The notes below the pieces were generated by a model. The model saw nothing but the letters and a program-made list of their open reading frames with translations, searched no databases and had not been told where the DNA came from. 14,255 bases of DNA, taken from the NCBI GenBank assembly GCA_040755315.1, contig JBFMBF010000028.1:1-14255 (forward strand), read 5' to 3'. Positions 8,554-14,255 of the stretch are shown in pieces. Each line of letters opens with the position of its first letter. Position 1 is the first letter of the stretch. The DNA comes from Candidatus Hadarchaeota archaeon (lineage in GTDB: Archaea > Hadarchaeota > Hadarchaeia > Hadarchaeales > Hadarchaeaceae). Both the position numbers and the translations under genes were made by a program.

Positions 8554-9677
8554 CCAACCTTTTTGTAAACCTTCCTGTAAACACTTCTGTATTTACCAGC
8601 CTTCTTTGGTTTCGCCAGCATGGCCTCCTTCTCCTCCTCCGTCTCCCTTCTGCAGGCCGGGCATAGGAGAATGAAGTTTGAAACATCGTCCTCACCTTCC
8701 GGGTCCACCTTATACGCTTTGACCCTTTCCTCGGTCAGGCAGGCCTCGCACCTCTTCCCCAGCACCACTGCAATGAATGTGAAGAAGAGCCCGTCCGCGA
8801 GCCTCTGCAGCTTTTCCCTGCCTTCCACCTTCATCCTCCATTCCTCAGGGATTGCCGATTCGCCGAGAAAGGCACCGGAGATCGCCCCCGTCATCGCCCC
8901 GATGGTGTCTGCATCACCGCCGAGCGAAACCGCGTTTACAACAGCCTCCCTGAAGTCTTTCGGGCTGCTCAAGAAGGAGTAAATTGCGGTCAGTACCGAG
9001 TTGAAAGCCTCTCCGCCATTGCCCAGCCTCTCCACGACCTCCGACGGCTTCCCCCCGTCCAGTAGCAGCTGGATCGCCTTCAGCTTCTCCAGATAAACCT
9101 CATTCTTAGCCACTGCCATAAGCGTCTGTATGAACTCCTGGGCGGTGAACCCCTCCGACGGGTCACTTCCTGTGGCAAACGCGACAGCGAACGCTTGCAA
9201 AACCGCGCCCTCAATCCCTAGCTCATGTACATGAGTGATCTTGCTTGATTCCTCGGCCACCGACCTCAGGAGTTCAGCGTCATGATGGCAGGAGATGGCC
9301 ACTGGCGCAATCCTCATTGCGGCGCCGTTCCCGTATGAACCTTTGCCACCTATCGCCTCCTTTGCGGGAGCATCCCAGGCCGCTCCTTCTTTAATCTTCT
9401 GAAGCACAAAAGTCGTCGATATCCCGTAACCTCGGCTCGGGTCGTAATTCTTCGCGAAGAGCTTGGCCGCATGCTCCGCGTCAAATCCTCTAAGCTCCAC
9501 TAGGGACTCTGCAAGGTCCATCGCCATCTGGGTGTCGTCGGTGAACTTCAACTCGCCTTTGGCCGCAGACTCGACTTCTTCCCTGCTTGTCGCCCCACGC
9601 CCCTCAAAATGCCTGCCAACTGCATCTCCAACCGCCGTCCCAAACATCGCCCCCCTGAACTTCGCCTTCAGGTTCAT
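8550..9677 (-). CDS. ADP-ribosylglycohydrolase (DraG/ARH3 family) with C-terminal HNH-like Zn finger and basic tail, 375 aa
   Basis: GDAVG, TDDT, GNGAAMRIAP, ITH, GGDADTIGAMTGAISGA (metal-binding acidic motifs intact). ATG 9677 follows GGTGAG-ACT. C-terminus CEAC...NFILLCPAC then KPKKAGKYRSVYRKVYKK. Confidence 0.9.
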   Translation of the reverse strand: MNLKAKFRGAMFGTAVGDAVGRHFEGRGATSREEVESAAKGELKFTDDTQMAMDLAESLVELRGFDAEHAAKLFAKNYDPSRGYGISTTFVLQKIKEGAAWDAPAKEAIGGKGSYGNGAAMRIAPVAISCHHDAELLRSVAEESSKITHVHELGIEGAVLQAFAVAFATGSDPSEGFTAQEFIQTLMAVAKNEVYLEKLKAIQLLLDGGKPSEVVERLGNGGEAFNSVLTAIYSFLSSPKDFREAVVNAVSLGGDADTIGAMTGAISGAFLGESAIPEEWRMKVEGREKLQRLADGLFFTFIAVVLGKRCEACLTEERVKAYKVDPEGEDDVSNFILLCPACRRETEEEKEAMLAKPKKAGKYRSVYRKVYKKVG

Positions 9678-9687
9678 AGTCTCACCG

Positions 9688-10476
9688 CTAAAACTTCTCC
9701 GTCTCTTCCCCGAGGTCGAGCTCTCCTTCCTTGCCGAAAACCGCCTGGATTGCGCTAACAAGTTCCGTGATTCCCCGGTGGTCGGCCGCCGAAACAGGCA
9801 TGAGCTCTCCCGCGAAGCTGACCTTCTCCACGGCTTCAAGGAGGCCGAGAGCTGCTTCCCTGCCGAGTGGGCTCGGTTCTTCCTCAATTGCGTCGAGAAG
9901 TAAATCCCGGCGATCCGCCCAGCTGACTGCCCTCTCCCTGTCTTCCCGACCAACTGCATCTATCTTTGTAAGCAGGTTGATTTGGGGAGTCCTGAACCTA
10001 GCCAAAACGGATGTAGCGAGCATCAGCATGGAAACAAAGGAGCTTGCCCTCTTGGCGAGGAACGAGTCGATCAGAAAGAGGACGATGGAATCTCCTCGCG
10101 GGCTGAGTCCGCCCACCACGGCCGGGCCTGTCTCCCTGAAGGCGAAGAGTTCCATCTGTCCTGGCGTGTCAACAATGACATAATCCGGGTTCTGCGCAGC
10201 GATTGTTTCACCTATTCGCGGGAGTTCGTTCACGACAAGGTCCACTGCCACTATCAGGGCCCCGTTAGGTCCCAACCTGTACTCCTTCATGACCTGCGAG
10301 AGGGAAATCTGGGGCCTGATGTCTATCTCAGGGGTGTAAGGCAGCCACTCCGCTCCTGGGTCCAGATTCATGATGGGGCACCTGAGGCCGTGCGACTCGA
10401 AATCTTCGGAGAGTGCCGCTGCGAGGGTGGACTTCCCGCAGCCTGCCGGCCCGAGGAGGTAGATGAAGTTTGTCAT
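9688..10476 (-). CDS. GPN-loop GTPase, 262 aa
   Basis: GPAGCGKST (G1), NLDPG, LGPNGAL (GPN loop), DTPGQ (G3), TKID (G4), SA (G5). Confidence 0.94.
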   Translation of the reverse strand: MTNFIYLLGPAGCGKSTLAAALSEDFESHGLRCPIMNLDPGAEWLPYTPEIDIRPQISLSQVMKEYRLGPNGALIVAVDLVVNELPRIGETIAAQNPDYVIVDTPGQMELFAFRETGPAVVGGLSPRGDSIVLFLIDSFLAKRASSFVSMLMLATSVLARFRTPQINLLTKIDAVGREDRERAVSWADRRDLLLDAIEEEPSPLGREAALGLLEAVEKVSFAGELMPVSAADHRGITELVSAIQAVFGKEGELDLGEETEKF

Positions 10477-10518
10477 GTTCCTACATAATGTTGTACTTGC
10501 ACATGACTATTTTTCTCT

Positions 10519-10526
10519 TTTTTAAA
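10519..10526. promoter_or_regulatory. TATA-like box between the GPN operon and the tRNA-like RNA, possibly bidirectional
   Basis: TTTTTAAA with palindromic TTTAAA core. On + it lies 31 nt before G10550, the first base of the 11-bp stem. On - it lies about 45-50 nt before the GPN ATG. Confidence 0.5.
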
Positions 10527-10542
10527 CCACCCTCACCCAAAA

Positions 10543-10720
10543 CTACGGCGGCAGTGCGGCGGTCCGGCCGTAGCTTAACAGCAGAGCGCCCGTCCGTAGA
10601 ACAGGAAGATGCGGGTGCAACTCCCGCCGGCCGGACGCACGGTCGCGTTCCCGGATGCGGCGGCCGCACTGCCCAAAAATGAAACGCCCGACAACATTTT
10701 GGTCGCCGGGCAAGCCGTAG
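10543..10720 (+). ncRNA. Larger structured RNA enclosing the tRNA-like domain
   Basis: Nested helices: 10543-10549/10714-10720 (7 bp); 10550-10560/10663-10673 (11 bp perfect); 10562-10570/10628-10636 (9-bp extended acceptor); hairpin 10642-10661 with three G-U pairs; hairpin 10686-10711. GC-rich island within AT-rich flanks. Confidence 0.65.
10564..10635 (+). tRNA. Non-canonical tRNA-Tyr(GUA)-like cloverleaf, probably a tRNA mimic rather than a translating tRNA
   Basis: CCGGCCG-TA-GCTT-AACAGCA-GAGC-G-CCCGT-CCGTAGA-ACAGG-AAGAT-GCGGG-TGCAACT-CCCGC-CGGCCGG-A. Has C1:G72, A73 and GTA anticodon, but C33, no D-loop GG, T-loop TGC, a C-A mismatch in the anticodon stem, and no CCA. Confidence 0.8.
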
Positions 10721-10724
10721 CTTA
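10567..10724 (+). repeat. 11-nt direct repeat GCCGTAGCTTA (10567-10577 and 10714-10724)
   Basis: Exact copy of the cloverleaf's acceptor/D-arm junction downstream. The core CCGTAG also occurs in the anticodon loop (10594-10599), and its reverse complement CTACGG is at 10543-10548. Confidence 0.75.
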
Positions 10725-10824
10725 TACCCACCCGTGTGAATAACAATATGTTTGATAATTCTAAAAAGTTTTTGGTTAAACAATGATGGTGCTGCTCACG
10801 AGAGGTGAGCTATCCACTAAAAAA

Positions 10825-13230
10825 TTAAATCTTGAAGCGGCTTGACAGCGAAGCATCGTGCGTGATTTTTCTCCGGTCTTCGCTTAGGTCTTCAAACATC
10901 TTCTTGGCAAGCAACCTTCCGCGCAGGTTGCCTAGTTCATGGTGGGAACCGTTCGTCAGTTCGGCTATCTGCCTGGTCACCCAAAAGCCGTATGTGTTCC
11001 GCCCGTATAAGTAAGGATTTGTATTCACGACAACCGTGTAAATCCCCGCTTTTCGGATCATCTTTGAAACAGCTAGGGCGTCATTGGTCGCCATGTAGTC
11101 ATACTTCCCATCGTCTATTCTCACTTTGTCAAAAATCCTGACCTCCTCCGCTTCTAGGCTCCTGTTCAGCGGGACGTTCGCGCAGCCGTCGGTTATTATC
11201 GCGATCACCGGCACGGTCGCCATGTCCCGCCGCTTGGTCTCCCTCAGGACCTCCAGCGCCTTCAGCATCCCGGCCGCGAGTGGCGTGTACCCGCTTATGG
11301 CCAGCGTGGATAGCTTGCTTGCGACGACCTTCAGGTTTGTTATCGGGTGCTGGACCACGACCGCCCCAGTGCCCTTCAGCGCCACTATCCCGACCTTGTC
11401 CCTGCCGCGGTAAGCGTCATTGTGCAACTTCAGTATTGCCTGCTTCGCCTCGTCGACGCTGAACGCCATGGACCCGCTCAAATCTATGACGAAAACTATC
11501 GTCATCGGCGCCCTGTATAGCCTGGACTTCTCCCGGACATCTTCCAACGCGATTTTCAGTGCGGCCCCAATCGGCCTCTCCCTGTGTTTTTGCCTCCTTG
11601 CGGCCACCCTGATAGTCGCGGGCAGATGAATGTCCTGCGGCCTGCCTGTCGGGTACCTCCAGCCGTAAGCCCTGCCGCGATTGAGCGTTGTCACCGCCTC
11701 CGCCCTTTTTCCAGCGGCGCTGCTGGTGACGCCCCTCACCCGCCGTTTAACCTTGAACGATAGCTTGGACGGCGGAAGAACGCTCTTTTCCATTTTCCCG
11801 ATCATGGGCGCGCCCTTGGTCACGTCTGGCTCCATCAAGGCGGCATCCACAGTTGGTATTCCGCCTGTGTCCGATCTCGGCTCTGGCTCCTCAAAAATCT
11901 GGTCTCTTTCTCCACCACTGACGGGCTCGCCGCCTCTGGATGCCGCGCTTTCCTCGGCCGGCTTCTCAGGCTTCCCCTCAAGTATGAACATCAGTCTGGC
12001 AAGGGCCCTGGAAAAAATTGAATCGCGTTTGGCTACCGTTCCCTTGAAAGGGTCTGTCTTGCTAAGGTCCGCCCCTTTTTTTGTCGCGAAAGACGGCCGT
12101 TTTCTCTCCAGTCCCTCTTGGTCCTCTAGGTCTTTTTCATTGTCTTCAGTTCCTTCAGGCGGCTTTGCCCTCGACATGTCTTCGTCAAAATATTTGGATT
12201 CATTTGATTTTTTCTTCAGGACCTCCTTAATTTCTTCGGGCGTGGCCGGCTCGAGGAACCCGCCCTCCCTCGTCCTGTGGCCCAGCGCAAGCTCGGCCGC
12301 CAGAAGAACGTCGACCAACGTGACCGTCTTCCTGTTTTCAAACGCCGCTAGGGTGGACGCCGCCTTGGCAATGACGATGTCCGGCCTCAAGCCGTCCACT
12401 TTCAGTTCCAAACATGCCAGGCTTATCGCTTCGAGAAGCGACTCTGGCATCTTCACGTTTGGCAGGATATCCCTCGCCCGAACGATCCTTTGGGCCAGCT
12501 CCTCCTCGCGGGGCTTGTATTTCTCCCTAAACGCCACGGAATCTTTCTCGAACTCAATGTTTTTCTTGACCACCTCTATCCTATCTCTTGCGGAATTTAT
12601 TTTTTCAACGCCGACTGACAGGGAAAAGCGGTCCAGCAGCTGGGGCCTCAGCTCCCCCTCCTCAGGGTTCATTGTCCCTATAAAAACAAACCGAGAAGGG
12701 TGGCTCGCGGATATCCCCTCCCTTTCGACGACGTTCCAGCCCGTCGCTGCGGCGTCCAGCAGGTCGTCCGCGATGTGGTCCGGCAGCAGGTTGATTTCGT
12801 CGACATAAAGGATATTCTGGTTAGCCTGCGCCAGGATGCCGGGCTCCAGCGCTTCGATGCCCATCTTTATCACCTTCTCCACATCCAAGCTCCCGACGAC
12901 CCGGTCCTCAGTGGCGCCCAGCGGCAGGTTGACGACCGCCATCTCCCGCTCCTCAGTAGGCAACTCCTCCCCCCTGTTGCGGCGTTCGGAGCACTTCTGG
13001 CACAAGCTTGAAAAATCGTGGGCGTCGCAGTTGAACTGGCAATCTTTTACGACCGTTATCTTCGGCAGGATGTCTATCAAAGCTCGCACCGCGGTTGTCT
13101 TCCCCGTACCCTTCGGACCTCTGATTAGAAGCCCGCCGATTTTCGGGTTGATGGCGTTTATCAGGAGAGCAAGCTTAAGCTTGTCCAGCCCCACCATTGC
13201 TGAAAAAGGAAAAATTATTCGTCCCCGCAT
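10825..13230 (-). CDS. ChlI/BchI-type AAA+ ATPase fused to a VWA domain (ChlD-like chelatase subunit), 801 aa
   Basis: FPFSAMVG, Walker [24 protein letters not shown], Walker [24 protein letters not shown], long charged linker, MIDAS DLSGS...TPL...ITDG. ATG 13230 follows GTGAT-CAC. Confidence 0.9.
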   Translation of the reverse strand: MRGRIIFPFSAMVGLDKLKLALLINAINPKIGGLLIRGPKGTGKTTAVRALIDILPKITVVKDCQFNCDAHDFSSLCQKCSERRNRGEELPTEEREMAVVNLPLGATEDRVVGSLDVEKVIKMGIEALEPGILAQANQNILYVDEINLLPDHIADDLLDAAATGWNVVEREGISASHPSRFVFIGTMNPEEGELRPQLLDRFSLSVGVEKINSARDRIEVVKKNIEFEKDSVAFREKYKPREEELAQRIVRARDILPNVKMPESLLEAISLACLELKVDGLRPDIVIAKAASTLAAFENRKTVTLVDVLLAAELALGHRTREGGFLEPATPEEIKEVLKKKSNESKYFDEDMSRAKPPEGTEDNEKDLEDQEGLERKRPSFATKKGADLSKTDPFKGTVAKRDSIFSRALARLMFILEGKPEKPAEESAASRGGEPVSGGERDQIFEEPEPRSDTGGIPTVDAALMEPDVTKGAPMIGKMEKSVLPPSKLSFKVKRRVRGVTSSAAGKRAEAVTTLNRGRAYGWRYPTGRPQDIHLPATIRVAARRQKHRERPIGAALKIALEDVREKSRLYRAPMTIVFVIDLSGSMAFSVDEAKQAILKLHNDAYRGRDKVGIVALKGTGAVVVQHPITNLKVVASKLSTLAISGYTPLAAGMLKALEVLRETKRRDMATVPVIAIITDGCANVPLNRSLEAEEVRIFDKVRIDDGKYDYMATNDALAVSKMIRKAGIYTVVVNTNPYLYGRNTYGFWVTRQIAELTNGSHHELGNLRGRLLAKKMFEDLSEDRRKITHDASLSSRFKI

Positions 13231-13240
13231 GTGATCACTT

Positions 13241-13885
13241 CTATATCTCGCGCATGGTGTTGACCACGTCTGCAACCGCACACTCAAGAAGCTTTTCCCC
13301 GAGGTACTTGCTCAAGCGAACGCTGAACTTTGAGACTTCCTGCGCCTGCTCCTCCGCCCAGGGATACCTTCCCCTTGCCTCCGACAACCCCACAAATCCT
13401 ACCTCAGGGTGCTTCGCGAAGTCCATGTGTTCGACAAGTTTGGAAGAGTTCGTTATCTCTATGGCGGCGCCCATGCTCAGTTCTCCGGTAGCCGCGTGCG
13501 GTCCCTCCAGGTCAATGAGAGTGTTGTTCATCACCAGTCGCACCCCGAGCTTTGCCTCAATTGCCGGGAGTTTTTCTTCAATCGGGTTGTTCCCACCGTG
13601 GCCGTTCACGAGCACGGCCGCCTTTATCCCGATGGCCCGCTTCGCGTTCCTGAGGGCTATCTCCAGCTCGTCCAAAACCTCATTCATTGACTGGTGCCGT
13701 CCAGTGTCGATTCCAGGCAGTTCATAGGAAGAGTAAAGCACGCCGATGAACTTTGCGCCGGTCCTCTTCGCCGCCTCCTCTGCGACAAAAGTTGCCAGCT
13801 TGGCGTCCGTGTCCTCTGGCAAGGCCGCTCCGTGCCTCTCCTCGTGTGAACCCAGCGCCATTATTCCGATGTCATCCAGTTGCAT
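13241..13885 (-). CDS. arfB: Creatininase-family FAPy-monophosphate deformylase ArfB (archaeal riboflavin/F420 pathway), 214 aa
   Basis: [40 protein letters not shown], and the ArfB-like segment [16 protein letters not shown]...LGEKLL. Confidence 0.85.
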   Translation of the reverse strand: MQLDDIGIMALGSHEERHGAALPEDTDAKLATFVAEEAAKRTGAKFIGVLYSSYELPGIDTGRHQSMNEVLDELEIALRNAKRAIGIKAAVLVNGHGGNNPIEEKLPAIEAKLGVRLVMNNTLIDLEGPHAATGELSMGAAIEITNSSKLVEHMDFAKHPEVGFVGLSEARGRYPWAEEQAQEVSKFSVRLSKYLGEKLLECAVADVVNTMREI

Positions 13886-14016
13886 TCAAACACCCTACAC
13901 ACTGGATTCTTTTGGTGGCGTTTTATTTGTTGTGCTTTGGGTTTTGACATCGCATGATTACAACTTTTGGCTGACCAAAGATTTAACCAACAACTGAGAG
14001 TAATTTTGGTGATTCT

Positions 14017-14157
14017 ATCTCACAATGTCCAGGGTGTGGCCGAGAAGTTCCATCTGGAATGTATCTTTGTCCGTACTGCGGCGTCAAGCACTGCAGAGAA
14101 TGCGGGCAGAAGATGCCAAAGGATGATATAGGGGGGTGCATAATTCTTTCTCCCTGA
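14017..14157 (+). pseudogene. Small multi-CxxC (double zinc ribbon-like) ORF with ATC at the expected start position, 46 codons
   Basis: ISQCPGCGREVPSGMYLCPYCGVKHCRECGQKMPKDDIGGCIILSP-stop. GGTGAT-TCT-ATC copies the SD spacing of other genes here. No ATG/GTG/TTG lies in frame before the first Cys. Confidence 0.55.
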
Positions 14158-14255
14158 CGCCCTAGATGGTTCGTGATAGACCCAGTGGAACTGGCAAGGA
14201 TAGCAGTGAACAAGACGATGGTTCAGGAACGCAAGGGACGTGGCAGAAAGGGCTA

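Noticed and set aside
9678..9959. 94-aa N-terminal extension of the ARH ORF (469 aa in the track)
   Set aside because: It overlaps the GPN gene out of frame. ATG 9677 has an SD and begins the ARH fold.
10564..10635. Ordinary tRNA-Tyr, tRNA-Pyl/Sec, or split/intron-containing tRNA
   Set aside because: Several near-invariant bases are changed, the anticodon is not CUA/UCA, there is no long variable arm, and I found no clean bulge-helix-bulge motif. A canonical role is unlikely but not excluded.
10529..10733. MITE or integrated-element att site (terminal inverted repeat plus ACCC-rich flanks)
   Set aside because: The inverted repeat is only 7-10 bp, the flanking repeats are imperfect, and there is no transposase or integrase in the window. 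Finding multiple genomic copies would revive this idea.
10470..10783. Short ORFs (70, 100 and 67 aa) across the structured region
   Set aside because: Arg/Pro/Gly-rich with no motifs; explained by the GC-rich RNA helices.
10825..13230. Chlorophyll biosynthesis or phototrophy from the Mg-chelatase-like gene
   Set aside because: ChlI/D-like proteins are widespread in non-phototrophic archaea, and no other chl/bch genes are present.
1..14255. CRISPR array, rRNA, SRP RNA, RNase P RNA, transposase
   Set aside because: No regularly spaced repeats or signature motifs seen by eye.

Overview
Archaeal chromosomal window. The evidence for this is a GPN-loop GTPase, ArfB, archaeal-type Hsp20/MoaA/MobB, TATA-like boxes about 31-34 nt upstream of apparently leaderless starts, and GGTGA Shine-Dalgarno sites inside operons. 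Order: hemerythrin-like gene (-); membrane-anchored PepSY-like protein (+); Mo/W-cofactor operon moeA-mobB-moaA (+); a short DUF5655-like gene remnant; truA (+); hsp20 (-) divergent from an M48/YgjP-like metallopeptidase (+); acr3-arsR arsenite module (-); a coupled operon of GPN-loop GTPase, ADP-ribosylglycohydrolase with a degenerate HNH-like Zn finger, and KptA/Tpt1 RNA 2'-phosphotransferase (-); arfB and a ChlI-VWA chelatase-like fusion (-); and a small Zn-ribbon ORF with no canonical start. The most striking element is in the intergenic gap divergent from the GPN-ARH-KptA operon. It is a non-canonical tRNA-Tyr-like cloverleaf (10564-10635) with altered but apparently compensated elbow positions and no CCA, locked inside a larger nested stem structure (about 10543/10550-10720). 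Together these suggest a candidate RNA ADP-ribosylation/repair system with a tRNA-mimic RNA. That link is inference; all family assignments come from motif recognition, not database searches.
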